Notes: a model not told the origin generated them from the letters alone. 64,000 bases of DNA from Candidatus Woesebacteria bacterium (GCA_018060845.1 JAGOVG010000004.1:12118-76117), one strand, 5' to 3'. Shown: positions 22,247 to 31,766, numbered from the stretch's first letter. A program made the numbers and translations.

Positions 22247-23071
22247 TTAACCTTTCCGACCGGGTCGTAAACGGGCAAGTAAATTCTCACCCCTGTTTTT
22301 ACCGCTCCGGTAATAAATCACTAAGATACTAATAATGATAATCGAGACCCCGATCAAGCTCAGTCTCGGTATCACCCAGATTCTTTGACCCTCTAAGATC
22401 AGTCCACTAACTGTAGCATAAAGTCCTGTCAGAGTGATCATAACTAGTGCAGCGAGGCCATCTTTGGCGACGCTCGCCTCCCCTTTGTACCATGAATAAA
22501 AGCGAAAGTTTTTGCGCACCCGTGACACGACTCCAAACGTAATGAGTGACCACACAAAAGTCCATAGATCCCCACTGAGTCTCGGCACTGTATCTCCAGG
22601 GTGGATATATCCGAGCATGCTCGACTGCAGGCCTGGCATACTGCCGTTTAGAATAGCCCCGATACTACCGATTACAAATACTATTGAAACTACGACTGTC
22701 CAGGCGTCTAGTACTTTCCACAGCTCTAGCTCCGCTCTCCTTGCAAAAAGTGTCGTAGTAATGAGCGCCGCTAGAATCCCGGCAATTGTTAATATCCCTG
22801 GGTGCGACAGTAGAGACATTGCGCGACCTAGGTTATGCAGATCGGGGTTAAGTAGAACGTAGCTGAGCCGCCCAAATATTAGGTACATCGCTACACTCGC
22901 AAAGTAGGTATCAAATATCCAGGTTTCGTCCCAGTGCTCGTCCCTCCCCATCTTCCAAAACCAGTACAAGCCAGTAAAGAGTCCTAGTGTCAAAAAAACT
23001 CCGTAGGAATAAATGGTGATTGGACCTAACTTAAGTAAGATCGGCAACATATGCTCCCAATTATACTTCAT
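22247..23071 (-). CDS. lgt: probable prolipoprotein diacylglyceryl transferase
   Basis: Polytopic membrane protein with an Lgt-like N-terminus (…ITIYSYGVFLTLGLFTGLYWFWKMGR…). Sits immediately downstream of lspA as in many bacteria. Motif match is partial. Confidence 0.45.
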   Translation of the reverse strand: MKYNWEHMLPILLKLGPITIYSYGVFLTLGLFTGLYWFWKMGRDEHWDETWIFDTYFASVAMYLIFGRLSYVLLNPDLHNLGRAMSLLSHPGILTIAGILAALITTTLFARRAELELWKVLDAWTVVVSIVFVIGSIGAILNGSMPGLQSSMLGYIHPGDTVPRLSGDLWTFVWSLITFGVVSRVRKNFRFYSWYKGEASVAKDGLAALVMITLTGLYATVSGLILEGQRIWVIPRLSLIGVSIIIISILVIYYRSGKNRGENLLARLRPGRKG

Positions 23072-23081
23072 TCGACTTTAA

Positions 23082-23108
23082 ACTTTATACTTTATACTTT
23101 ATACTTTT
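23082..23108. repeat. heptanucleotide tandem repeat (ACTTTAT)x~4 in a divergent promoter region
   Basis: aACTTTATACTTTATACTTTATACTTTt lies between the lgt start (23071) and the 23112 ORF start. Confidence 0.8.
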
Positions 23109-23111
23109 CCC

Positions 23112-23576
23112 ATGCTCTCTATCGCTCATGCAGCAACCGGCGCAGTCATCGCTACACACCTAAGTGCTCCCATCGCCATCCCTCTTATTTTGGCTTCACA
23201 TTACGCGCTCGACACAGTAGCTCATCACGATGCAGGAACAGGACTAAGCAGTGGTAAAAAAACTCGGCGTACTGCCCTTATTCTGGGAATCATCGACCTA
23301 CTCATAGCAGCGATCGTTGTTCTGTTAATGTATCCTCCCATTTCATTAAACTTCCCCGACCTTGCTCAGCACCTATCCCACCCTTCAGTTTGGGGTGCGT
23401 TCATTGGTCTTCTCCCCGATTTTCTCGAATCCCCTCGCAACTTCCTCAAATACGAGCCCTCGTGGCTGCGCCCTCTTAATCGCTTCCATGCCTCATTCCA
23501 CCACTCTACTCCAGACATCCTAGCCGGCCTCGCGCCACAGGTTATCCTCCTCACTCTCCTCTGGCTTGCTCGCTAA
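23112..23576 (+). CDS. membrane protein, hypothetical
   Basis: 154 aa with 4 predicted TM helices. Confidence 0.4.
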   Translation: MLSIAHAATGAVIATHLSAPIAIPLILASHYALDTVAHHDAGTGLSSGKKTRRTALILGIIDLLIAAIVVLLMYPPISLNFPDLAQHLSHPSVWGAFIGLLPDFLESPRNFLKYEPSWLRPLNRFHASFHHSTPDILAGLAPQVILLTLLWLAR

Positions 23577-23803
23577 CCTCCTGCTTCTGTCTGTTTTGCC
23601 AACAATTCGAGTACAGCTTGCGTCCCTCCATACATGTCGGCATTAGCTAACATTTCTGCGGCTGTCGCATAGCGTGGTTTCAGCAGCTTAAAACTTCCTG
23701 GTGGCTTTTTCTTAGTCGGATACCTTAGAGAATCAGCTTCTGCTGACTTAGACACAGCCAGAGTTTGAGCCCTACAATTTTCACATTCACCACTTAAGCA
23801 CAT
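23573..23803 (-). CDS. small hypothetical protein
   Basis: 76-aa ORF with a CxxC pair. Weak evidence. Confidence 0.2.
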   Translation of the reverse strand: MCLSGECENCRAQTLAVSKSAEADSLRYPTKKKPPGSFKLLKPRYATAAEMLANADMYGGTQAVLELLAKQTEAGG

Positions 23804-23899
23804 TAAAAATATATTCTCTACTTTTATCCATTACATGACCATACGCACATACTGCACACTAGTTAAAAAGAATAAGCGGTAAGATATAATAACTGTATA

Positions 23900-23911
23900 G
23901 CCTGGGTGGCG
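23900..23911 (+). other. partial duplicate of the tRNA-Leu 5' end (GCCTGGGTGGCG) in the tRNA leader
   Basis: 12/12 identity to tRNA positions 1-12. A second matching block ATGGTATA lies at 23948-23955. Confidence 0.6.
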
Positions 23912-23971
23912 CCGTGTCCCTCCGAAGCTGACTGCGAAGGAGGAGAATGGTATAGCTACCTGAGTATATAA

Positions 23972-24055
23972 GCCTGGGTGGCGGAATGGTATACGCGCGA
24001 GTCTCAAAAACTCGTGGTTGTAATGACCTTGAGAGTTCGAGTCTCTCCCCAGGCA
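23972..24055 (+). tRNA. tRNA-Leu (anticodon CAA)
   Basis: Hand-folded cloverleaf: 7-bp acceptor GCCTGGG/CCCAGGC, 3-bp D-stem, anticodon stem CGAGT/ACTCG with loop CTCAAAA, long variable arm, T-arm GAGAG-TTCGAGT-CTCTC, discriminator A. No encoded CCA. Confidence 0.85.
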
Positions 24056-24057
24056 CT

Positions 24058-24339
24058 ATGGTTAAAAAAGAAGATCCTATAAAAAAATATCTTACAGAAA
24101 TACCAAAGATTGTAAGAAAAAAAATAGGTCACCAATACATGCCTTTAGCAGTATATGCGGTAGTGGTATACACACTCGTGCCTGGTACTGGCTACTATGA
24201 AGAAAAATATGCTGATGATGTTGAAATTAGGGGATTGTTTGAAGATGCACTTACAAAACTGCTCTTGTTAGATCCTGATTTACCTTCCAAATATGACACC
24301 TATCTATCAGAGTTAGAGGAGTTACGAAAAAATTTATAG
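24058..24339 (+). CDS. hypothetical small membrane-associated protein
   Basis: The ORF track starts it at 23986, inside the tRNA. The first plausible start after the tRNA is ATG at 24058 (MVKKED…). Confidence 0.3.
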   Translation: MVKKEDPIKKYLTEIPKIVRKKIGHQYMPLAVYAVVVYTLVPGTGYYEEKYADDVEIRGLFEDALTKLLLLDPDLPSKYDTYLSELEELRKNL

Positions 24340-24344
24340 TATTA

Positions 24345-25655
24345 TTACCGACTCCGATCCACACCATAAAACCGAACGCGGTCACCACGGAACTTAAGAT
24401 CTATTGTTCGGAGTCCACCATTACGATGCTTGGCAATATTTAGCTTCACACTCTCGATATCTTCTGGATCCTCGCGATACAGGAACATTACTACGTCTGC
24501 ATCCTGCTCGATGCTCCCCGACTCACGTAGGTCGGACAGTTGCGGTGAGCTACCACTCCCTCGGTTCTCGATCGCACGCGATAGCTGAGATAATGCGAGG
24601 ACTGGCACCTTTAGCTCACGCGCTAGGTTCTTGAGTCCCTGGCTGATCTCTGCCACCTCCTGCACCCTATTATCCATCGTCCTGCCCTTTACGAGCTGCA
24701 GGTAGTCGACCACGATTAGTCCTAGGTCGTGCTCAGATTTGAGCCTCCTAGCCTTGGTCCTCATCTCCAGGATGCTCATACCCGGCGTATCATCAATATA
24801 AAGAGGCGCCTCAGCTAGTACCCCCATCGCTTCGGACAGCTTGCCAAAATCATCTTGGGTTAGCTTGCCTGTTTTTAGTCTCCATGCGTCAATATCGGCT
24901 TGCGAAACCAGCATACGATCGACTAGCTCTTCTTTGCTCATTTCGAGCGAAAAGTAACCAACTGGCACCTTAGACACTGCTGCTGCATACTGCACTATAT
25001 TCAATGAAAATGCGGTCTTGCCCATACCAGGCCGCGCCGCCAGGATGAGCAGGTTAGAGTCCTGCATACCTGCCAAGCAGCTATCTAGGTCACCAAAACC
25101 AGTCGAGACACCGCGTAGTGACCCAGATTTTTTAGATAGCTCGTCTAGTCGGTCAAAAGATTCGGAGAGTACTGAGCGCAGAGGTATAAAGCCCTGCTTA
25201 AGATTGGCTTGCGACAGTGAAAATACTTTTTGCTCTGCAGTATCTAAGAGGTCTTTTACCTCTAACCCCTCATCAAACGATTTTTCAATCAAGACTGACG
25301 CGTCAGATATTAGCTTCCGCCTCGTTGCATACTCCTGGATAATTTCGCCGTAGTGGCGTACGTTAGCGGAGCTCGGCACCCCTTCGACTAGTCCAGAGAT
25401 ATACGCTATCCCTCCGATACTATCTAGATATTTCTTTTCTTTGAGCTTTTGTGGGAGCGTTACTAAGTCTATCGGCGAGCGCTCTTCGTAGAGGGCAAGC
25501 ATCGCCTCATAGATCATGCCGTGGTGATCATCATAAAAATACTCAGGGAGTAAGATCTCAGAGACCTGCACTATTGCATCACGATCCATCAGGATCGAGC
25601 CTAGCACACTCTTTTCGGCTTCTTCGCTATGTGGTGGGACCTTGGATACTGCCAT
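24345..25655 (-). CDS. dnaB: replicative DNA helicase
   Basis: DnaB N-terminal domain (…EAEKSVLGSILMD…), Walker A GMGKTAF, and the RecA-like C-terminal domain; 436 aa. Confidence 0.9.
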   Translation of the reverse strand: MAVSKVPPHSEEAEKSVLGSILMDRDAIVQVSEILLPEYFYDDHHGMIYEAMLALYEERSPIDLVTLPQKLKEKKYLDSIGGIAYISGLVEGVPSSANVRHYGEIIQEYATRRKLISDASVLIEKSFDEGLEVKDLLDTAEQKVFSLSQANLKQGFIPLRSVLSESFDRLDELSKKSGSLRGVSTGFGDLDSCLAGMQDSNLLILAARPGMGKTAFSLNIVQYAAAVSKVPVGYFSLEMSKEELVDRMLVSQADIDAWRLKTGKLTQDDFGKLSEAMGVLAEAPLYIDDTPGMSILEMRTKARRLKSEHDLGLIVVDYLQLVKGRTMDNRVQEVAEISQGLKNLARELKVPVLALSQLSRAIENRGSGSSPQLSDLRESGSIEQDADVVMFLYREDPEDIESVKLNIAKHRNGGLRTIDLKFRGDRVRFYGVDRSR

Positions 25656-25693
25656 GAAATAATTTTACCTCTTTAACAAAACAATAAAACTAG

Positions 25694-25721
25694 GTACTAA
25701 GTACTAAGTACTAGGTACTAG
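25694..25721. repeat. heptanucleotide tandem repeat (GTACTAA/GTACTAG)x4
   Basis: GTACTAAGTACTAAGTACTAGGTACTAG lies between the dnaB start and the stop of the upstream gene. Confidence 0.8.
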
Positions 25722-26212
25722 TCTGTCAAAACAACCACATCGGTGATATCAGAGTTGAGTGTCGCCTTAGAAAGACTAAGTTTGTTGGTTTCGCGTGATG
25801 CATGCTCAAAATCTTTTACGAATACAGCAATGTTGGTAGCGTCACCTGCAGGCACTACGCAACTGGGTTCAATTTTGCCGATCATGGCAACACTTGCTTT
25901 ACTGTTCATTTTGTCAGTATTTACTATTACTACGTCGATTGTATCTAGGTCGTCTATTAACGAATCAGAAAGTTCACTCGCTAAAGCAAGTACTTTTAGA
26001 TCCTCGACATGGATCACACTAGCTAGCGTTTCTCCTGTCTGGTATGCAAAGACGCTAATCCCCTCTACCTCGTATTCACCAGGCTGTGTAATCACAAAAG
26101 GAGTCTTACTAACTGTCCCCTGGATCTCAACATCCACTCCCACATTTACCACAGCAACGCCGCGTTTTACTTTGATACGATATTTGTTTTCGGCTATTCG
26201 TGCGATGTCCAT
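25718..26212 (-). CDS. hypothetical protein
   Basis: 164-aa ORF with no confident family. Confidence 0.4.
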   Translation of the reverse strand: MDIARIAENKYRIKVKRGVAVVNVGVDVEIQGTVSKTPFVITQPGEYEVEGISVFAYQTGETLASVIHVEDLKVLALASELSDSLIDDLDTIDVVIVNTDKMNSKASVAMIGKIEPSCVVPAGDATNIAVFVKDFEHASRETNKLSLSKATLNSDITDVVVLTD

Positions 26213-26267
26213 AACCTACATATAGTATCACAAATCTCCAAAAAGCTGTGCTAAACTATCATTAATC

Positions 26268-26708
26268 ATGAAAGCCCGCAAAGAAGTCACTCTTGCCATA
26301 ATTATAGGTTTGATAATCGCATTAATTATTGCGGGTGGTATCTACCGTGCCAAAACAGCCATCCAAAATTTTGACCCCCAATCTCTCATACCAAAAAAAC
26401 AATCCAAAGATGGAGCAAATCAAGATCAAAAAACAGAGCAAAAACTCTTCGTTGAGTTGGATACTGCCGACAATTCTGTAACCGACAAAGCAACATTTAC
26501 TATTTCCGGCAAAACATTACCAAAGACCTATATAGCGATCACCACTGAAAGCAACGATTATCTTATAGTGCCCAACGACGTCGGGAGCTTTAGTCAAGAG
26601 GTCAATTTGATCAAAGGTGCCAACCGACTTACGATCACTGTCTATACCCAGGATGGTGTCAAAGTCGAGGATGCTCTCAGTGTGGTGTACACTACAGCTG
26701 CTCTATGA
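26268..26708 (+). CDS. membrane-anchored hypothetical protein
   Basis: N-terminal TM helix followed by a hydrophilic domain. Confidence 0.4.
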   Translation: MKARKEVTLAIIIGLIIALIIAGGIYRAKTAIQNFDPQSLIPKKQSKDGANQDQKTEQKLFVELDTADNSVTDKATFTISGKTLPKTYIAITTESNDYLIVPNDVGSFSQEVNLIKGANRLTITVYTQDGVKVEDALSVVYTTAAL

Positions 26709-26733
26709 TAGAGTGTAATCTTCACATTTATCT

Positions 26734-27456
26734 ATGCAGAAAAAATACACATTTTTATCACTCCTCACCATACTCGCTACTTTTACCTTTGTCCTAACCT
26801 CCGCTTCTGCTGCCTCACCTAGCCCTTCACCTAAGGTTAGTGCTTCCCCCTCACCATCTCCATCCCCGATTAGCGACGAGACAGTCACCGAGAATATCAA
26901 AAAACGACTACAGGAATCCCTCTCAGGCGATGCAGAGGCACAGGACGTCAACTACAAGAGTTTTGTCGGTGTCATTAGAGACGTTATCAAAGACACGCTC
27001 GTTATCGAAGACAAAGATGGCAAAAAGAAGATCGTGATCAAAGATGACGCTTCGATCGTCAGATCCCCTGGCAACAAAACCATACCAGTCGACAGCATCA
27101 GGATCGATGATTACATTATTAGTATCGGAACGCTCAAAGAGAGCGACGAGCTAGAAGCAGTGCGTATTATCGTGAGTGCTGACCCACTAACTGCAACCTC
27201 AAAAACTAGTGCCCTAGCACGCATAACCAAAATATCCAAAAACGCAATAACTACTAGTAGCGTAGCTACTGGTGAGACCAAAGTTATTAACCTAACCACC
27301 AAAACTGCTCTTAAGTCGAGTCTAGGCGAATCCATGGAAGCGACCGACTTAAGTGTTGGTGACTCAATCATCTATACAGCTACGCTCAGCAAAGATGTGC
27401 TGACTGTCACCAGTCTAATGCGGATCGGCTTTGCAGACGCACCTCAAGAGCAATAG
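26734..27456 (+). CDS. secreted protein with a Ser/Pro-rich linker
   Basis: Signal-peptide-like N-terminus then an SPSPSPKVSASPSPSPSP low-complexity linker. Confidence 0.45.
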   Translation: MQKKYTFLSLLTILATFTFVLTSASAASPSPSPKVSASPSPSPSPISDETVTENIKKRLQESLSGDAEAQDVNYKSFVGVIRDVIKDTLVIEDKDGKKKIVIKDDASIVRSPGNKTIPVDSIRIDDYIISIGTLKESDELEAVRIIVSADPLTATSKTSALARITKISKNAITTSSVATGETKVINLTTKTALKSSLGESMEATDLSVGDSIIYTATLSKDVLTVTSLMRIGFADAPQEQ

Positions 27457-27461
27457 CTCCT

Positions 27462-27497
27462 GAGAAATGCCTCCAGACGCGCAGCAGTCTGGGAGAC
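27462..27497. repeat. hairpin repeat GAGAAATGCCTCCAGA-N10-TCTGGGAGAC, copy 2
   Basis: Six nt downstream of the preceding stop. Arms identical to copy 1 (16329..16364), loop diverged. Confidence 0.6.
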
Positions 27498-27579
27498 CCC
27501 AGATGCCATTGCGTCTCCTTTAGCTTCTCCTAAAGAATAATTACTCCCATACAAGATTTTTGCTAAGAAGACAGTTATA

Positions 27580-28827
27580 ATGTCTAGATATATGCAAAAA
27601 CAAAATCTACAAACTCTAAAGGGTTTCCGCGACTTTTTACCAGCCGAAAAAAGACAACGCGACCTGGTAGCTAACAAAATCAAGCGCGCGTTCGAACGCT
27701 ATGGCTTTGAACCACTAGAGACGCCTACTCTCGAATACGCTGAACTACTCCTTGGCAAATATGGCGACGAAGCCGACAAACTAGTCTACAGCTTTACCGA
27801 CCGCGGCGAGCGCTCAGTCGCCCTGCGCTACGACCAAACAGTCCCGACAGCCCGCGTCCTCGCCCAGTATCAAAACGAATTAGGCAAAGGTTTTCGACGT
27901 TACCAGATCCAAAATGTCTTCCGTGCCGACAAACCCCAAAAAGGTCGCTACCGTGAGTTTACTCAGTGTGATGCCGACATCTTTGGTAGTACCTCCCCTC
28001 TCGCTGACGCTGAGATCTTGGCCGTCTACTCCTCTATCTACCAAGACTTAGGTTTAACCGATCTAGTTATCGAATTAAACGATCGCGAGACTTTAATCAA
28101 CACTCTCTCGCCATTCTCTAGTTCAGTAATCAGTGTTGCCTCGATCATCCAGTCCATCGACAAACTCGACAAACTAAGTGAAGAAGACGTTATCAAAGAA
28201 CTTGAATCTAAAGGGTTATCAAACGACAAGGCTAGTGAGGCTCTCTCTGCAATCAAAAATGCTAAGCCATCCAGCAACCTTGCCGAAATCATAGAATCAG
28301 CAAAGAACCTTGGTGTTTCTGACTCTACTCTGCGCTTTAACCCAGCCCTTGCTCGCGGTCTCGATTACTACACCGGGATGATTTTTGAAGGCAAGATCCC
28401 AGGCGAGTCAGGATCCGTTGGTGGTGGTGGTCGCTATGATCGACTAATTGAGTCATTGGGTGGGCCTAGTATCCCCGCTGTCGGTTTTGGTCTAGGTTTT
28501 GATCGGACAGTCGAAGTAATGCAGACCAAGGGTCTCCTATCTGCCACACAGTCCACCCAGGTCCTCGTCACTATCTTTAGTCCCACTTTACTGGTTCAGA
28601 CCCTGAACGTAGCTCAGTCACTCCGCAGCTCAGGGATCAATACCGAGCTCTATCCAGATGCTAGCGACAAACTAGAGAAGCAGCTTAAGTATGCCGACAA
28701 AAAAGGGATATCTTACGCACTAGTGTTAGGTCAGGATGAGATAGATCAGGGGGTCGTTAATCTCAAAAACCTCTCGACTCGAGAACAGCGTACTCTCCCT
28801 CTCGAGCAAGTAATAGCAATTTTATAA
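27580..28827 (+). CDS. hisS: histidine--tRNA ligase
   Basis: Class II aaRS motifs: KGFRDFLP N-terminus, GGGRYD motif 3 region, and C-terminal anticodon-binding domain. Confidence 0.9.
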   Translation: MSRYMQKQNLQTLKGFRDFLPAEKRQRDLVANKIKRAFERYGFEPLETPTLEYAELLLGKYGDEADKLVYSFTDRGERSVALRYDQTVPTARVLAQYQNELGKGFRRYQIQNVFRADKPQKGRYREFTQCDADIFGSTSPLADAEILAVYSSIYQDLGLTDLVIELNDRETLINTLSPFSSSVISVASIIQSIDKLDKLSEEDVIKELESKGLSNDKASEALSAIKNAKPSSNLAEIIESAKNLGVSDSTLRFNPALARGLDYYTGMIFEGKIPGESGSVGGGGRYDRLIESLGGPSIPAVGFGLGFDRTVEVMQTKGLLSATQSTQVLVTIFSPTLLVQTLNVAQSLRSSGINTELYPDASDKLEKQLKYADKKGISYALVLGQDEIDQGVVNLKNLSTREQRTLPLEQVIAIL

Positions 28828-28861
28828 ATTTGAGAATTTGAGAATTTATGATTTGAGAATT
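28828..28861. repeat. solo copy of the dispersed repeat ATTTGAGAATTTGAGAATTTATGATTTGAGAATT
   Basis: Three TTTGAGAATT units directly after the hisS stop. The same family flanks the four-helix-bundle gene at 56466..56840. Confidence 0.7.
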
Positions 28862-28875
28862 ACATGCCATAATAC

Positions 28876-29784
28876 ATGTTAATGTCCAAATCACGCAAGC
28901 TTGCCTATGCTGCCCTACTCTATAATGCCGTGATCTGGGGTGCCGCCTTCCCTATCGTCAAGCCAGCCTTTGAGTTCCTGACTCCCCTCCAGTTTTTATT
29001 CTTCAGATATTTAACCTCAGGGATTTTCGCACTACCTATTTTTATTACTTTTTATATCAAAAAGCATCCAAAAGTATCTAATATTATCAAACCAGTGCTC
29101 TTAGAGCTGGCAGGCTTGGCACTCCCGATCTACCTCCTATACGAAGGCATGAGCAGGACCAGTGCCCTCGAGGCTTCCCTAATCGGCTCGACCGGTCCCC
29201 TCTTTGTCATCTTGGGCGGGATTATCTTTCTCAGAGAACGTGAGAGCAAGAGAGAATGGCAAGGCTTAGCCTTATCATTCATTGGTTCATTTATCCTTAT
29301 CCTCGAGCCACTATGGAATGGGCATGGTTTTATTGGTAGTAGCCTGACAGGCAACCTACTCATCCTCTCGCACAATATTCTCTTTGCCATATACGCAATC
29401 ACAGCCAAAAAACTATACAAAAAGAAGCCACCCCTATCCCTTGGTTCGCTTTATTACCTCGGTACTGCTGGTGTATATGCCCTCATCTTGTCTGGACAAC
29501 AACAACTCCCAAGCTTAAACCTTTTACTCAACTACAGTGTAGTATTACCAATTCTCTACATGGCAGTACTCGGCGGGATCATCGCTAATATCTTCTATCT
29601 GTTTGCCGCGAGTCGCATCGAAGTCTCCGAAGCCAATCTCTTTACTTATCTCAATGGTATTTTTGCTATACCTGCAGCATTTTTATTACTAGGTGAAAAG
29701 CCAAGCCTTACCACTATCATTGCAATCGCTATCATCGCCTACGGCGTCTATCGGGCAGAAGTTAATTCCCGAATAACTGGATAA
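28876..29784 (+). CDS. EamA/DMT-family transporter
   Basis: 302 aa with ten hydrophobic helices in a duplicated 5+5 pattern. Confidence 0.6.
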   Translation: MLMSKSRKLAYAALLYNAVIWGAAFPIVKPAFEFLTPLQFLFFRYLTSGIFALPIFITFYIKKHPKVSNIIKPVLLELAGLALPIYLLYEGMSRTSALEASLIGSTGPLFVILGGIIFLRERESKREWQGLALSFIGSFILILEPLWNGHGFIGSSLTGNLLILSHNILFAIYAITAKKLYKKKPPLSLGSLYYLGTAGVYALILSGQQQLPSLNLLLNYSVVLPILYMAVLGGIIANIFYLFAASRIEVSEANLFTYLNGIFAIPAAFLLLGEKPSLTTIIAIAIIAYGVYRAEVNSRITG

Positions 29785-30250
29785 ATGGCACCTCTCCAGG
29801 GACTTTAATTATTCTCGGCTTACTGTCCACGCTATCATCTTGAACAGTAACGTCATACAACCATATTCCATTCCAGCTAGGATCCTCTCTAACACTTTTT
29901 GCCCAATCTGGATTAGCCGCAATAGATAATACTAAACATGAGACTGCTCCAACAAGAGAGTGATGGGATGTCGAGGGGTCGTCCCCATCAAGTACAACTC
30001 TGAGCTTACCATCCCATATTATCATTTCGCCACTATCTCCATGAGCGTATCCGAAGCTCATGTGTGCTGATTGATCAGTACTTCGAGCCTCAACTTTATG
30101 AGATTTTAACAACTTGTCTGCCAGCTCTTCAATGGAGTATCTTTTTGCTTCTAACCCTAGGATTAGCATATTATAACCATATAATGTAATCCCATAATTA
30201 TACTCTTTTTTGTCAAGTTTCGGTTTTCCCGCCTGGAAAGGCACTATCAT
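29762..30250 (-). CDS. hypothetical protein (the ORF track extends it to 30409)
   Basis: The internal Met at 30250 avoids antisense overlap with rpmE. Confidence 0.3.
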   Translation of the reverse strand: MIVPFQAGKPKLDKKEYNYGITLYGYNMLILGLEAKRYSIEELADKLLKSHKVEARSTDQSAHMSFGYAHGDSGEMIIWDGKLRVVLDGDDPSTSHHSLVGAVSCLVLSIAANPDWAKSVREDPSWNGIWLYDVTVQDDSVDSKPRIIKVPGEVPFIQLFGN

Positions 30251-30296
30251 CCAGCATCTTCCCTCATCTCCCCTCTTCGTGTTACAATATCCCTCT

Positions 30297-30581
30297 ATGA
30301 AAGCCAACTTGCATCCAAAATACAACCAGCTAAACGTCACCTGCAGTTGTGGTGCCAGCTTTACCACTGGTTCGACCCGCGACAGCATAGTCGTTGATAT
30401 CTGCAGCAAATGTCACCCCTTCTTCACTGGTGAGCAGCGTTTTGTCGACAAAGTAGGTCGCGTGCAGAAATACCAGGCCAAAGCAGCCGCAGCCACTGGT
30501 AAAAAAGCCAAAAAAGATCGCAAATCCACCCAGTCTGGCCCAGCCTCCCTCACCGAACTTCGCGCATCTCAAGCCAAATAG
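30297..30581 (+). CDS. rpmE: 50S ribosomal protein L31 with C-terminal basic extension
   Basis: MKANLHPKYN…CSCGASF…CSKCHPFFTG is the L31 zinc-ribbon signature. The ORF-track start at 30210 is an over-extension. Confidence 0.8.
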   Translation: MKANLHPKYNQLNVTCSCGASFTTGSTRDSIVVDICSKCHPFFTGEQRFVDKVGRVQKYQAKAAAATGKKAKKDRKSTQSGPASLTELRASQAK

Positions 30582-30632
30582 ATATCCTACCCCACACTAG
30601 GTTCTTTATACTCGGTACTTTATACTAAATTC

Positions 30633-31661
30633 ATGCCAGTCGATTACCAACAAATAGTCAAAGCCTACGATACTCTGGTAACAGAGTCCTCTGAGCCTGG
30701 CAATGTCGATAGACTGGGCGAGATTGGCGAAGCCTTATCTGATCTCGAAGAAAAAATTTCTTTAGCCAGACAGTTAGTAAAGATCGACGAGGATCTAAGT
30801 GGCAACGAGAGTCTACTTAGTGACCCCGAGATGCGCTCTATGGCGCAGGACGAGATTTACCGTCTCAATGCCGAAAAAAGCGCTGTCTTAGAGGAACTCC
30901 AGAACCTGGAGCGTGCCACAGAAAATACCGAGGACAAAAGGCCCGCTATTATCGAGTTCCGCCCCGGTGCCGGTGGCGAAGAAGCTAAGATTTGGGTCAA
31001 TGACCTCTTCCGCATGTATACCCGCTTTGCCGAGCTCATGGGGATCAAATACGAGCTACTAGATGAGAACACCTATCTCTTTACAGGCCGCCCTAATGAC
31101 CCCTCCCTCCCTCAGGGCTCCTATGGCCTATTCAAGTGGGAGAGCGGCGTCCACAGGGTCCAGCGAGTCCCAGCAACAGAAGCTCAAGGGCGTATCCACA
31201 CTAGTACCGCAAGCCTTGCAGTCCTCCCAAAAGTCGATGCCCAAAAACTAGTGATTCGAGAAGAAGAGTTAGAGTGGCAGTTCTTCCGCGCTGGCGGCCA
31301 CGGTGGTCAGAACGTAAATAAGGTTAGCACAGCGGTCCGCCTGATCCATATCCCGACAGGCATTGCTGTCGTTAGTACTCAGGAGAGGTATCAGCAAAGA
31401 AACCGCGAGATCTGTCTAGATCTTTTGCGTTCTCAGCTCTGGGAAAAACAAGAGGAGGAGCGACTAGCCAAGCTAGATAGTCAAAGAAAGAGTGCCGTCG
31501 GTCGCGGCATGCGAGCCGAGAAGATCAGGACCTACAACTATCCCCAAAACCGGGTGACCGACCACCGTATCAACATTAGTTGGCACAACCTTAGCGGTAT
31601 CCTCGAAGGTGATATTACAGATCTCATCAAGACCGTAGGCATCGAAATGACCAAAGATTAA
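30633..31661 (+). CDS. prfA: peptide chain release factor 1
   Basis: GGQ motif ([11 protein letters not shown]) and the PAT tripeptide region ([17 protein letters not shown]) typical of RF1. Confidence 0.9.
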   Translation: MPVDYQQIVKAYDTLVTESSEPGNVDRLGEIGEALSDLEEKISLARQLVKIDEDLSGNESLLSDPEMRSMAQDEIYRLNAEKSAVLEELQNLERATENTEDKRPAIIEFRPGAGGEEAKIWVNDLFRMYTRFAELMGIKYELLDENTYLFTGRPNDPSLPQGSYGLFKWESGVHRVQRVPATEAQGRIHTSTASLAVLPKVDAQKLVIREEELEWQFFRAGGHGGQNVNKVSTAVRLIHIPTGIAVVSTQERYQQRNREICLDLLRSQLWEKQEEERLAKLDSQRKSAVGRGMRAEKIRTYNYPQNRVTDHRINISWHNLSGILEGDITDLIKTVGIEMTKD

Positions 31662-31672
31662 TTTATTAGTAA

Positions 31673-31726
31673 CTACTCACCCCGCAGCTCCACTTTCACC
31701 CGCTCAATCTTTTCATCTCTCCAGAC
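31673..31726 (-). pseudogene. duplicated 3'-terminal fragment of htrA (encodes VWRDEKIERVKVELRGE-stop)
   Basis: The reverse complement translates to an 18-codon paralog of the htrA C-terminus (VWRDEKTEKLSVELRGE-stop). The first 19 nt are near-identical to 32853..32871. Confidence 0.6.
31708..31726. repeat. direct repeat TCTTTTCATCTCTCCAGAC (left copy)
   Basis: 18/19 identical to 32853..32871 (TCTTTTCATCCCTCCAGAC). The pair brackets the 31767..32843 gene. Confidence 0.75.
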
Positions 31727-31766
31727 ATCGTAGCGAGCTAACATCTTTCATTAGTATCCTATAACA

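Noticed and set aside
13403-24055. Integrated element bounded by the tyrosine recombinase and tRNA-Leu with a 12-nt duplicated tRNA end
   Set aside because: The intervening genes are core (queA, rluA, lspA, lgt, YebC-family). The recombinase looks like a chromosomal XerC/D and is 9 kb from the tRNA. The duplication is of the tRNA 5' end, not the usual 3' att core.
23859-24056. 65-aa minus-strand ORF
   Set aside because: Lies entirely over the tRNA-Leu gene and its leader, so it is an artefact.
28828-28861. Possible CRISPR array from TTTGAGAATT tandem units
   Set aside because: Units are about 10 nt with no spacers and no cas genes. It is a short dispersed repeat, not a CRISPR.
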